64,000 nt of DNA from Synechococcus sp. GTDB taxonomy: Bacteria; Cyanobacteriota; Cyanobacteriia; PCC-6307; Cyanobiaceae. Below the pieces are notes generated by a model, which worked only from the letters and a program-made list of their open reading frames with translations, was not told where the DNA came from and did no database searches. The DNA is taken from contig JBJBDC010000001.1 in assembly GCA_047285535.1 (NCBI GenBank), positions 544,136-608,135 of the forward strand. Direction: 5' to 3'. This document shows, one piece after another, positions 37,804-47,462 of the stretch (positions within the stretch are counted from its first letter, which is position 1; each line of letters starts with the position of its first letter). Made by a program: the position numbers and the translations under genes.

Positions 37804-40254
37804 GTGCGGGTCTCACTCTCCTGGTTACAGGAACTGGTTCAGGTCAATGAAGCACCTGGTGACTTAGCTGAGCGCCTATCAATGGCTGGCTTTGAGGTGG
37901 AGGAAATTGATGATTTAAGTCTTTTGGCTCAGGGTGTTGTGGTCGGTCGAGTCCTTGAACACCGACAACATCCCAATGCCGACAAATTGAGCGTCTGTGT
38001 CGTTGATGTAGGAGCGTCTGAAGCTCTTCAGATTGTCTGTGGTGCCAGCAACGTGAGAGCAGGCATTCACGTACCCGTTGCCACCATTGGCGCAGTTCTT
38101 CCTGCTGTCAATCTCACGATTAAGGCTGGTGAGCTGCGGGGTGTGGCGAGTCAAGGAATGATTTGTTCCCTGGCAGAGCTCGGTCAGCCAACGGATCTCG
38201 ATGGTATCGCCATTTTGGATGATTTGTTGGAAACGATTCCTTCTCCAGGTACGGCAGTGGCTGCATGCCTTGGTTTGAACGACACCGTGTTGGATCTTGC
38301 AATCACTGCAAACCGACCCGATGGTTTGTCGATGGTCGGTATCGCAAGGGAAGTTGCTGCCCTCACTGGAGCCAGCCTTCAATTGCCGCAACCTGTTAAA
38401 CCCAAATCCTCGAAAGCGTTAGATCCTTCACCGGATGATGAAGAGGCCATGAAACAAGGTGGGGTCTATGCCCTTTCTGAAGTGAGTGGGCTTGATGGAA
38501 GCTTGCATTCGCCCGCGTGGATTCAACAAAGGCTGAATCGTGCAGGGGTTAATCCTGTGAACGCCATTGTTGACATCACAAATTTGGTAATGCTTGAGCA
38601 AGGCCAACCTCTTCATGCATTCGATGTAGATGCTTTGGAGCAGCTTTGCGGTAAGGATTTAAAGCCTTCGGATTTCGGTCTCAGACAAGGTCGTGACAAC
38701 GAACCATTTACTGGATTAGACGGTCGAGACATCAAACTTGATCAGCGAGTGCAGTTGGTCACTTGTCGTGATCGCCCTGTCGCGATTGCAGGGGTCATGG
38801 GTAGTGCCGAGACAGGAGTGAACGCTCAAACCACAAGAATCTGGCTGGAATCGGCCCTCTTCACTCCGTCTGCTATTCGAAGCAGCAGTCGCGCGACAGG
38901 ACTGCGTACAGACGCAAGTACGCGTTATGAGAAAGGATTGCCCCCTGAAATGACGTTGCTTGCAGCTGGTCGCACTCTCGAACTGATGGAACAACTATTA
39001 GGAGGAGAGCCTGGTTGTAGTTGGCAGTGCTGTGCCGAGTCAGGTCCGGAACCTGTGGTGATTCTTCGTCGTGATGCGATCCATCAATTACTTGGTCCGC
39101 TTGCTTCTGATGGCACAGAAGCCCTAAGGATCAGTGATGAACAGGTGGACAATTGCCTCTCGGCTCTGGGATGTCAGCTCAGCGCCTGCAAGGACGGCTG
39201 GAATGTGGTGGTTCCTCCGTCTCGTCGTATGGATCTTGTTCGAGAAGTGGATCTCATTGAGGAGGTGGCCCGTCTCGTTGGTTTCGATTGCTTTGAGGCG
39301 CATTTACCTCATCCCCTCACTCCAGGCGGACTGACAGACGTCCAACAGGCAGAGCGCTCTTTGCGTCGGCGGCTCACATCTGTGGGATTACAAGAGCTCA
39401 ACTGCTTGTCTCTAACTGGAGCTGACTCCAAAGATCCAGCCAGGATTGCTATCAGCAACCCTCTTTTGGCGGAAACCAGTTATCTCAGAACTGCCCTCTG
39501 GCAAGAGCACTTACAGGTTTGCCAACGCAACCTTCAGGCTTCCCAGTCAGGTTGCTGGATTTTTGAAATTGGCCATGTTTTCCATCCTGATGATCGCGAA
39601 ATTGTCCAGACAGTGCGACTCGGTGGAGTCATTTGTGGGGAAAGACGTCTTTCGAAATGGGCTACGAGCGGAAAGGCCCAGTGTCCTGACTATTTCACAG
39701 CCCGTGGAGTCCTTGCGACGGCGTTGAACTCAATGGGGCTTGAAACTCACGACCGCACCCTTACGGATGATCCACGTCTCCATCCTGGACGAGCTGCTGC
39801 TGTGGTGGTTGAAGGGCGCAGCGTGGGGTGCTTCGGTCAACTCCATCCGAACCTCTGCGACCATTACGAGCTCCCGGATTGCACGTATCTATTTGATCTT
39901 GAACTTCAACGATTATTAGAAGCCGTGACCCGCCGCAATCGCTGGGTGCCGACTTTTAAAGCATTTTCAACTCTTCCTGCAATGGAGAGAGATGTGGCCA
40001 TGATCGTGGCCAAGACGCTTCCTTCAGCTGATCTGATGCAAGCCATCCGTAAAGCAGGAAAGCCGCTCCTTGAAACGGTTGAATTGATTGATCGGTTTGA
40101 GGGTGGTCAACTCCCAGCTGATCAATGCAGTCAGGCATTCCGTCTTCGGTATCGAGCTAAGGACAGTACTTTGACGGAAGATCAACTTCAACCGGCCCAT
40201 GAAAAAGTTCGCAAGGCCTTAGTCAAGCAATTCAAAGTTGAGCTTCGCAGTTGA
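37804..40254 (+). CDS. pheT: Phenylalanine--tRNA ligase beta subunit
   Basis: HPNADKL, IVCGA, TANRPD, GQPLHAFD, RMDLVREVDLIEE, C-terminal anticodon-binding domain. Confidence 0.97.
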   Translation: MRVSLSWLQELVQVNEAPGDLAERLSMAGFEVEEIDDLSLLAQGVVVGRVLEHRQHPNADKLSVCVVDVGASEALQIVCGASNVRAGIHVPVATIGAVLPAVNLTIKAGELRGVASQGMICSLAELGQPTDLDGIAILDDLLETIPSPGTAVAACLGLNDTVLDLAITANRPDGLSMVGIAREVAALTGASLQLPQPVKPKSSKALDPSPDDEEAMKQGGVYALSEVSGLDGSLHSPAWIQQRLNRAGVNPVNAIVDITNLVMLEQGQPLHAFDVDALEQLCGKDLKPSDFGLRQGRDNEPFTGLDGRDIKLDQRVQLVTCRDRPVAIAGVMGSAETGVNAQTTRIWLESALFTPSAIRSSSRATGLRTDASTRYEKGLPPEMTLLAAGRTLELMEQLLGGEPGCSWQCCAESGPEPVVILRRDAIHQLLGPLASDGTEALRISDEQVDNCLSALGCQLSACKDGWNVVVPPSRRMDLVREVDLIEEVARLVGFDCFEAHLPHPLTPGGLTDVQQAERSLRRRLTSVGLQELNCLSLTGADSKDPARIAISNPLLAETSYLRTALWQEHLQVCQRNLQASQSGCWIFEIGHVFHPDDREIVQTVRLGGVICGERRLSKWATSGKAQCPDYFTARGVLATALNSMGLETHDRTLTDDPRLHPGRAAAVVVEGRSVGCFGQLHPNLCDHYELPDCTYLFDLELQRLLEAVTRRNRWVPTFKAFSTLPAMERDVAMIVAKTLPSADLMQAIRKAGKPLLETVELIDRFEGGQLPADQCSQAFRLRYRAKDSTLTEDQLQPAHEKVRKALVKQFKVELRS

Positions 40255-41614
40255 TGCGTTGCATGAGAACAAGACACTCGAGGTGTGTGGTCTGAGGAAA
40301 GAAATCCACGGGCTGGATACGATCGATCTCATAGGGACCATGTGGAACGATTAGATGTGCCAGATCTCTTGACAAGGTTGCTGGGTCACAACTCAGATAG
40401 GCCAGACTTTTTGGTGGAGACTTTAAAATTGCATTGAGAACATTCGGTGCCAGACCCTTTCGTGGTGGATCCACGACGAGTGCATCATTCTCCGGCAAGT
40501 AAGCGCTCAGTAGCGATCCCACATCACCTGCTTGGAATGTGGCATTGCTAATTCCATTTAAAGCAGCATTGCAAATCGCATGTTGAACGGATGCAGGGTT
40601 GATTTCGAGCCCAATCACTTGAATACCTGCAGCGGCGATCGGCAAGCTGATCGTTCCGATACCGCAATAGGCATCAATCAGGCGATTGCAATGGGTCCGA
40701 GTCAGCAACCAATCTCGCAGAAGCAACACAATCTGTTCAGCACCATCGGTATGGACCTGGAAGAAGGTGGTGGTGCCAAGCAGGAGCTGAAGATTGCAGA
40801 AGCGTTCACTGATGGTGTCCCTGCCAGCAAGCGTATGGGTAATTTCACCCAGTACGGTGTTATTAGGTTGTGGTTGCAGGTTTAGGGTTACGCCGGCAAT
40901 GGCGGGCCAACGTTCAATCCACTGTTGCGCTAGTTCTTTGACTCCTTTGAGCTGATCCGTGGCACTCACAAGAGTGATCAACAGTTGCCCTGTGCGCACC
41001 CCTACGCGCATCCCAAGATGACGAAGACCCGGTTCCCCCTTTAAGTCGGCATTCGCAGGCCAGCCGCTGGATTGAAGGTCTTCTTTCAGTGGTTGGATTA
41101 AGCCATCAATGCGTGGGTCCATCACAGGACAACGACTGAGGTTGACGATGCGATGGCTTCCGCGTCGGTAATAGCCCAAGCGCAGATGATCACCTTCTCG
41201 AACAATTGGAATGAGCGCTCGATTGCGATAGCCCAAGGCTCTGGTCCCTTCACCCAGTGGAGTGGGAACATTGACAGTGATCTTGCCAATTCTTTGCAAG
41301 GTCTGTTCGAGACGTTGGCGCTTCCATTCGGACTGTCGCTGATCATCCCAGTGTTGAAGTGAACATCCCCCGCAATCGTTGGCCAAGCTGCAAGGAGGTT
41401 GCCTGGATCCTGGGGCTGAAACGATGGTTGTCAGACGACGTGCATGCCATTGAGCCTTCTTGCGTTGCACCAACTGCACCGAGGCCTCCTCTCCTGGAAG
41501 CAATAAAGGAACGATCACCACCCACCCTTGCCAACGAGCTAGTCCAAGTCCCTGATGGTTGAGATCAGACCCCACGACAGTGACGACCTGACCAGCTTTT
41601 GGTGTGTTGCTCAC
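40232..41614 (-). CDS. rlmD: 23S rRNA (uracil1939-C5)-methyltransferase; start at GTG 41614 inferred
   Basis: CGGCSLQH, FFQV, DAYCGIG, VDPPRKGL, YLSCDPATLSRD, DFFPQTTHLE. Confidence 0.93.
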   Translation of the reverse strand: MSNTPKAGQVVTVVGSDLNHQGLGLARWQGWVVIVPLLLPGEEASVQLVQRKKAQWHARRLTTIVSAPGSRQPPCSLANDCGGCSLQHWDDQRQSEWKRQRLEQTLQRIGKITVNVPTPLGEGTRALGYRNRALIPIVREGDHLRLGYYRRGSHRIVNLSRCPVMDPRIDGLIQPLKEDLQSSGWPANADLKGEPGLRHLGMRVGVRTGQLLITLVSATDQLKGVKELAQQWIERWPAIAGVTLNLQPQPNNTVLGEITHTLAGRDTISERFCNLQLLLGTTTFFQVHTDGAEQIVLLLRDWLLTRTHCNRLIDAYCGIGTISLPIAAAGIQVIGLEINPASVQHAICNAALNGISNATFQAGDVGSLLSAYLPENDALVVDPPRKGLAPNVLNAILKSPPKSLAYLSCDPATLSRDLAHLIVPHGPYEIDRIQPVDFFPQTTHLECLVLMQRINCEAQL

Positions 41615-41706
41615 AGGCTGGGCTATTGCAAAGGCGTAACACCGTTCACCACAACGTCGTGCGAAGCGGTCGATGGCTTTAGACTCATTCAAGCTTGGCA
41701 GCTGAA

Positions 41707-42201
41707 ATGAGCGTCGTTCGCGATCTGATTCTCAAAGCAGATGATGATCTGCGTTACCCCAGCAGCGGTGAATTGCAATCAATGGTTGATTATCTCAGCC
41801 AAGGTTCGAGTCGTCTGTCAGTTGTTCGTAGTCTCACTGCAAACGAAAAAAAAATCGTCGCTGAGTCTGCAAAGCAGTTGTTCAGCAGGAAACCCGAATA
41901 TGTCGCCCCTGGAGGCAATGCGTTTGGTCAGAAACAACGTGCTCAGTGTCTTCGCGATTACAGCTGGTACTTGCGCTTAGTGACCTATGGAGTTCTTGCC
42001 GGCAGTACGGAACTGATTCAAGAGATCGGTCTTGTCGGTGCCCGTGAGATGTACAACAGTCTTGGAGTCCCAATGCCTGGGATGGTAGAAGCCATGCTCT
42101 GCATGAGAGAGGCTTCTTTGTCCCTTCTCTCTGAGGATCAGAAATCCCTGGCGGCACCGTATTTTGACTACCTGATTCAAGGCATGCAGACACCGGCATA
42201 A
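41707..42201 (+). CDS. apcD: Allophycocyanin alpha-B subunit
   Basis: MSVVRDLILKADDDLRYPSSGEL, PGGNA, chromophore Cys in QCLRDYSWYLRLVTY, EMYNSLGVP. Confidence 0.92.
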   Translation: MSVVRDLILKADDDLRYPSSGELQSMVDYLSQGSSRLSVVRSLTANEKKIVAESAKQLFSRKPEYVAPGGNAFGQKQRAQCLRDYSWYLRLVTYGVLAGSTELIQEIGLVGAREMYNSLGVPMPGMVEAMLCMREASLSLLSEDQKSLAAPYFDYLIQGMQTPA

Positions 42202-42226
42202 AAATAGTTTCCATGAATGGTTGTTG

Positions 42227-42251
42227 AGCCGCCGCTATGGCGGCTTCTTTT
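42227..42251 (+). terminator. Intrinsic terminator after apcD
   Basis: AGCCGCC-GCTAT-GGCGGCT followed by TCTTTT. Confidence 0.75.
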
Positions 42252-42303
42252 ATGCAGAGAATCCGTATCATGCAGTCATTATTGTCTTCTTCTGGACTTG
42301 CAG

Positions 42304-42819
42304 TGAGACCAGGCATGGGTCCCTACTGAGACCAGTAAGACGATTTATTGCTTAGCCGCTTGATTGGTGTTTGGCTCTGATCTGTCAGCCATGGCTCTAG
42401 GACGATGACGCAACGATGGAGCACTTGCGTCACTGTGTCTATAGCAGGTACGCAACTAGAAAAAGTCTTTGTTTTAAAGGCTTTTGGCTTGGTCCAAGAT
42501 GCAATGGACAACACTAAGAGGGGTCTGGACGCCTCGCTTGTCGAAAACCCGATCGTGATCTGAATCCTTTGGGCGCATTTTTCATCGTTCTGGTTCTTTG
42601 TTGATTAAAACAGCTGGCGTTTGAGCCAGAGGCTTTTCTATGGTCTTACATTTAAAACAATGGAAAATGCAATTTTTATCATTCAGCAGGGTTTCGTGTC
42701 TCGATTGAGACCAGTTCCCGGACCGAGGGAGAGTCTTGCATGATGCTGTTGAGACTCAGGCCTCCTAGATTGGACTCTTGATGAGTCTTTGAGAGGTTTG
42801 CGGTTAAGACTGCTGAGAC
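42304..42819 (+). repeat. Cluster of short TGAGAC(CAG) direct repeats and GAGAC/GAGTC inverted pairs
   Basis: TGAGAC at 42304, 42327, 42706, 42750, 42814; TGAGACCAG in the first three; GTCTC-GATT-GAGAC at 42698-42711. Confidence 0.5.
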
Positions 42820-43877
42820 TCTTTTTCTCTGTAAAGCTCGCGCAGCATCTGATAAGCCTCGTTCAACCGTCTCATTCCATCAGTCGATCCACCTGCATCT
42901 GGATGAGATTCAATCGCTTTTTTCTTGTAAGAGTCTCGTATGCGACGGAGCGTTAGCGACTCGCCAGCTTGCGTGGGTAGATCCAGTAAGCGCAGGGCTC
43001 CGTGCAGGGTCATAGTGGATTCCAAGGTCTCAAACGATGTCACCCGGCGACTCCGTTTAAATCGATTCACAAACCGTCGAATCAAAGTCGGGATGCGATC
43101 AGCAACGCTACCTGCAGCAAATGGATCCTCAAGAACAGCGGCTGCCACAATCACATGTTCAAATTTTGGAGATTTCACTGCCCAGTCAGAGCAGAAATCC
43201 TGCATTAATTGGTTGACCTGGGTCCATGTAAAGGTGCGCCCTTCACTTCCATCCAATTGGGGCCAAATGTCCCTAGCCATCCAGAGCATTACTGCCTCCA
43301 GAACAGTGGCTCCAGGCCTCGATCCGTAGAGACTGGCCCAATGATTGATTGCTACATCGCAGCAAGTCGTCAAATATTCGAAATTCACCACTGGCACAAA
43401 AGGAGTGTCTCTTTGTCCAGGTTCCTGATCTTTCTGCAAGCTAGTTCGGATGGCTTGCGTTCGACTGCGCACAAATCCAGGTAAATCGATCCCTCGGCTT
43501 TTCGTTTTGGTTCTCCTTTGTTGACTGTTCTCGTCGCTATGAGTTTCTTCTAAAATTTGATTCGTAGGCTCATCATCATTTTTGACTAAGACGATGGCTT
43601 TATCTTCATTGTAGGACTGTTTAATTTGACTCTTTTCTGATTTCTCACCAAGCGAGGCTTTGGAGTTATCGCTCAGTTGTTGTTTTTGAACTTCAGCAGA
43701 AAATGATTCTTTTCCATTGGTAGTAACGTCTGGATCGTCTTCAGCTTCATCTGTCCAGATTTCTTCCAGTATGCGCGTTAAGCATTCTCCTCTGGCTCGG
43801 ATGCACCACTCCTTCTTCAGTTCGTCCAGACGATCAACGAGATGATCGGGAAGTTCAAGTGTGATCCGACGCCCCAT
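42804..43877 (-). CDS. C-terminal J-domain protein with N-terminal ribbon-helix-helix-like segment
   Basis: ESHPDAGG...RRLNEAYQML (HPD intact); MGRRITLELPDHLVDRLDELKKEW; start at ATG 43877 inferred because the longer ORF overlaps the upstream gene. Confidence 0.8.
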   Translation of the reverse strand: MGRRITLELPDHLVDRLDELKKEWCIRARGECLTRILEEIWTDEAEDDPDVTTNGKESFSAEVQKQQLSDNSKASLGEKSEKSQIKQSYNEDKAIVLVKNDDEPTNQILEETHSDENSQQRRTKTKSRGIDLPGFVRSRTQAIRTSLQKDQEPGQRDTPFVPVVNFEYLTTCCDVAINHWASLYGSRPGATVLEAVMLWMARDIWPQLDGSEGRTFTWTQVNQLMQDFCSDWAVKSPKFEHVIVAAAVLEDPFAAGSVADRIPTLIRRFVNRFKRSRRVTSFETLESTMTLHGALRLLDLPTQAGESLTLRRIRDSYKKKAIESHPDAGGSTDGMRRLNEAYQMLRELYREKESQQS

Positions 43878-43923
43878 TCCATTCAGCCTTCCGTGATGAT
43901 CTGAATCAATATCATGAACGAAA

Positions 43924-45537
43924 TTATCGATTTTTGAGTCGGCGCAACCATTCTTGCTGTGCCCTGATTGCCTCCCGATATCGTTGCTCGAGGGAGTCAT
44001 TTACTCGCCGAGGCATGATCATCGCTGGAGGCATTTGATTCATGCCACCCGCAGGTGCGACCAGGACAGGGGGTGGGGGAAGCATCGGTTTTGGCTTGGG
44101 CGAGGTACGAGGCGAAGTCACAGCTCGTGGAGCGACTGGGGTTTGTTTTTTCTTGACAGCAGGGGGGGGAATTGTCGGAACAACTTTTCTTTTTTTAGCC
44201 ACAGCTTCTGCTTTTCTGGCGGTTTCAATCATCTCTTGTCTGCGACGAAGCATGGCTAACTGGGTCACCGGCACCACGCTCAGCAAGTGACCTGGAGTTG
44301 CATCGGCTGGATAAACAACACTGACCGTGACAGGGTTCACAGTGTTTGCTTTCGCCTTGATTTGGCCGAGGGGGAGGCTTTGTCCAGATTTCATCCCGAC
44401 ATGCACTTCTCGGTATCCATCAGCGCTTTTAATCCCGATTGATCCTCGGAAGGCAGTGAAGGGCTTTCTTCCAGAAGCCACTGGATGACTTAAAACTAAC
44501 TCATGAGCACCTACCCCAGAGAGGTTTAGTTCGACGTCAAAACGAACTCCATATGTTCCAATATTGTTGACCGCAGAGTCAATCATTCGTGTTGATAATG
44601 GATTGACTTGTATATCTCTCGTTCCAAAGTGGTGTTTTCTAGTGCTTGTTAATGGTATGTGTAAAGGACCTTGAGTAAGATCATGATTGATGGATGCCTT
44701 GTACTCATCCCCAAGGGCCACTCCAGCAACTCTTGAAAAGACTTTGCCTGTACGAATTTCATTGATACGATTGAGATAAATTCGCCCTGGAGCAAGTTTA
44801 TTGCTGTCCAGGACTGATAGGAGTGCTTGTTCCTGATTTGTTTCTTCTGCTGCTATGACTGCAAGTTGGAAAGGTCCATTGCTTTGACCTCTGAGTAATC
44901 CATTCATAATGCCTCTGGCTGGCAAAACCGAGCTCACAATTACTTTGCGACTACGGGCGGGAATCGTGATTTCTCGAGGTAGTTTCCGATCCAATTCACC
45001 TCTCAGCATTTGTACCGCTGTTGCATCTCCAGGACCCGTATTCCATGGCCTAGGACCCAGAGGTTTTACTCCCATCAAACGGTTGGGATGATAGGGAGCC
45101 TCAAAACTGTTCTTAACGGATCCTCGTTTGAACTTTAGTGTGACAGGTTTACTCCCTGGGTTGATTGCTATCGCAGCCACTGTGAGTAATCCTCTAGATC
45201 TTCTCCCGCCTAATTTACTACTGTCTTGCGGATAATATTTATGGTGCATGTGCAAACCAAATTCCCCATTAAATGTAAATTCGGCATTCTTGAGAGGCTG
45301 ATTATTTTCTGCTGCAATGGCAGAACCTGGTGCCGTATTGACAAGTATTCCCGGCCCTTTCACAATCTCTGGCTGGTTTGAATGAAGAACAGGAACGTTA
45401 TTAAACACGCCATTCAGAGCACGAGCTCGCTGCCCAGCCATAAGAGGCACATAGGCTCGCGCAGATTGGATGCAGCCAAGATCATGCGTCGCAATTGCGA
45501 CGCAGGCTAGGACCAGTTTTGGTATTCTGTGAGACAC
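43924..45537 (-). CDS. DUF3370-like secreted protein with Pro/Lys-rich C-terminus; start inferred
   Basis: VPVLHSNQPEIV, GILVNT, FGLHMHH, VYPADATPGH; hydrophobic leader ending ARA-Y. Confidence 0.7.
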   Translation of the reverse strand: MSHRIPKLVLACVAIATHDLGCIQSARAYVPLMAGQRARALNGVFNNVPVLHSNQPEIVKGPGILVNTAPGSAIAAENNQPLKNAEFTFNGEFGLHMHHKYYPQDSSKLGGRRSRGLLTVAAIAINPGSKPVTLKFKRGSVKNSFEAPYHPNRLMGVKPLGPRPWNTGPGDATAVQMLRGELDRKLPREITIPARSRKVIVSSVLPARGIMNGLLRGQSNGPFQLAVIAAEETNQEQALLSVLDSNKLAPGRIYLNRINEIRTGKVFSRVAGVALGDEYKASINHDLTQGPLHIPLTSTRKHHFGTRDIQVNPLSTRMIDSAVNNIGTYGVRFDVELNLSGVGAHELVLSHPVASGRKPFTAFRGSIGIKSADGYREVHVGMKSGQSLPLGQIKAKANTVNPVTVSVVYPADATPGHLLSVVPVTQLAMLRRRQEMIETARKAEAVAKKRKVVPTIPPPAVKKKQTPVAPRAVTSPRTSPKPKPMLPPPPVLVAPAGGMNQMPPAMIMPRRVNDSLEQRYREAIRAQQEWLRRLKNR

Positions 45538-45679
45538 TCGAGACTGGTTTTTAGGCGGGGCGGCCAAGAGCGCCGCAAGTTCCAAACCTAATCGTCCGAT
45601 CCCTCTACGCCAAGTCAGCGTTAGAACACCCGATTGCTTGAGCAATTCGCCAGGATTGAGATCAGTCCTCGTGGTTTTC

Positions 45680-45874
45680 ATGCTGCCCCCCTTTTTCTGC
45701 GCCTCTTCCTGTGAATCCACTCAATGGCGGAGTCAGCATCAGTTACGCAAGCTTGCAATGCTTCGTTTCTGGCGTGACGGTCTGGAGCGTCAACTTGCTG
45801 CCATCACAGCAGCAATGACCACACTTGAGGGACAGATTCAACGCGATCAACACGGAGAGTCCGAAGAGTCTTGA
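45680..45874 (+). CDS. Small helical protein convergent on the sigma factor gene
   Basis: MLPPFFCASSC...LRKLAMLRFWRDGLERQLAAITAAMTTLEGQI; heptad-like pattern. Confidence 0.6.
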   Translation: MLPPFFCASSCESTQWRSQHQLRKLAMLRFWRDGLERQLAAITAAMTTLEGQIQRDQHGESEES

Positions 45875-46500
45875 TCGGCAAGTTTCTCTCTCAGCCGAGC
45901 TAATGCCCTTTTCAGCCTGCGTTGCATCGTCATTGCACTGACTCCTTGCTTTCTCCCAGCACAGCGCAGGCTGTTACCTTCAATCACCACTTCAAGCAGT
46001 GCTAGCCGCTCCGTGCTCTTTAAAGTGTCGATTGCTTTCCAAATGCGACGTCTCTCCTCGTTGTGCAGCAATGGTTGCCACCCTTCTTGTTGTAAAGCTT
46101 CTACTCTGTTTTCGTCTAAGGGTTCCCAGGATTGACGTCCTCGATAGGCAAGTAAATTCAGCTCCTTTTCCGCAGTATTTGGTTTAGAAATTTTAGTTTC
46201 TGCACAGCATGCCTTGATGCTGTTCTGAGCCTGTTCCTGCAGGCGTCTTGGCAGTCGAATCAATCCAATGCTGTCTCTGAGGTAGTGAAGGATTGCCCCA
46301 CGGATGTGCGGTTTGGCATAAACCTCAAATGGCTTCTTTTGTCCCAGCTCATATCCCTCAGCTGCTCGTAATAATCCCAACCTTCCCACTTGTTTGAGAT
46401 CATCGCGATCTTGTCCTGATCGGTTTGCGTAATGGCTCGCAATTGGATCGACCAGTTTCAGATGACGCTCAATGTTTTGATTCCTGATTCTGTTGCGCAT
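45847..46500 (-). CDS. sigF: Group 3 sigma-70 factor, SigF-like
   Basis: Region 2 DDLKQVGRLGLLRAA...YAKPHIRGAILHYLRD, IRLPRR; region 4 GVSAMTMQRRLKRAL. Confidence 0.82.
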   Translation of the reverse strand: MRNRIRNQNIERHLKLVDPIASHYANRSGQDRDDLKQVGRLGLLRAAEGYELGQKKPFEVYAKPHIRGAILHYLRDSIGLIRLPRRLQEQAQNSIKACCAETKISKPNTAEKELNLLAYRGRQSWEPLDENRVEALQQEGWQPLLHNEERRRIWKAIDTLKSTERLALLEVVIEGNSLRCAGRKQGVSAMTMQRRLKRALARLREKLADQDSSDSPC

Positions 46501-46565
46501 GGTCTTTGATGATGGTGAAGGGAGGAGATTGGGACATCGCCGTTGCTCCCTCTTCAGACAGGCAT

Positions 46566-47462
46566 CTAGAGGCTCTTCTCTGCAACAGTGTTTCCACGGA
46601 TCTCGGGGACGACCCTCCGCAGTAATGCCTCAGGTCCATGCTTCTTTAACCAGGCAAGATCAGAACTCGCAGTTGCTAATAGATAGCCAGCAAATCCGAG
46701 GCCATTAATACTAAAACCGAAGGCGCCTTCTTGACTTCGCCTCAAAAGTGCCATCCATTCCGGTGTCATTAAGAGGTTGTAGTATTGTTTAGGCAAGGGA
46801 TCTTGAGATGGATCTCCGATTCCAAGTTCTCTGCACATTGAAATGTAGCTTTGATGCAAATAATGAGCTGAAGATTCTTCGTTGTGGTGACCCTTTATCC
46901 TTTTTATGACATGACAGTATTGAATCAATGGATCATTCGATGTCGTGTTCTTGTTTTCTGATGCAATCTGTTCGTGAAACCAAAGATCTCGTGGACAGGA
47001 GCGTTGATTCTTAGATCGAGGTAGAAGTTGAAGGTGACGATGTGGCTGACTGGCGCCTGCGATGGGCCCGCTGTTGAAAAACCATAGTCCCGGCGTGTCA
47101 TTATCTACCCGAACCAAGGATCTCCAGTCAGACAAGGTGAGCCAACCTTTTTGCGCAGCCCAATCCTTCGTTATTAACAGCATATGCCCTCGTTGTACTG
47201 GATACTTATTAAGGATTAGTGCATGATCAGGATCCACACGTGCGACTTCCAATTGTCGATCCCATGGGCTGAAGGGATTTGGCTTTGGTCCTTCCTTGCG
47301 CAAATGTTTCGGCAAGTGACTTTTAAGTTTACGTAATTCGAAATTGACATCAGTTTCGCCCACAACAATCTCTAATGAGGTTCTAAGGGGGATAAGAGAA
47401 CCCTCTATCAGTGCTCTATCACTGCACTCGATCGCTTGATTTAAATAATGCTCAGAGCTCAT
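46566..47462 (-). CDS. ATP adenylyltransferase / Ap4A phosphorylase
   Basis: NPF, LNKYPV, FFNSGPIAGASQPHRHLQ (HxHxQ), SINGLGFAG. Confidence 0.88.
   Translation of the reverse strand: MSSEHYLNQAIECSDRALIEGSLIPLRTSLEIVVGETDVNFELRKLKSHLPKHLRKEGPKPNPFSPWDRQLEVARVDPDHALILNKYPVQRGHMLLITKDWAAQKGWLTLSDWRSLVRVDNDTPGLWFFNSGPIAGASQPHRHLQLLPRSKNQRSCPRDLWFHEQIASENKNTTSNDPLIQYCHVIKRIKGHHNEESSAHYLHQSYISMCRELGIGDPSQDPLPKQYYNLLMTPEWMALLRRSQEGAFGFSINGLGFAGYLLATASSDLAWLKKHGPEALLRRVVPEIRGNTVAEKSL

Noticed and set aside
42666..42683. Fur-box-like AATGCAATTTTTATCATT
   Set aside because: Only one half-site matches well and no clearly supported gene start follows; too weak to call
42304..42819. CRISPR array or MITE interpretation of the TGAGAC repeats
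   Set aside because: Repeats are 6-10 bp with irregular spacing; no cas genes, terminal inverted repeats or target-site duplication
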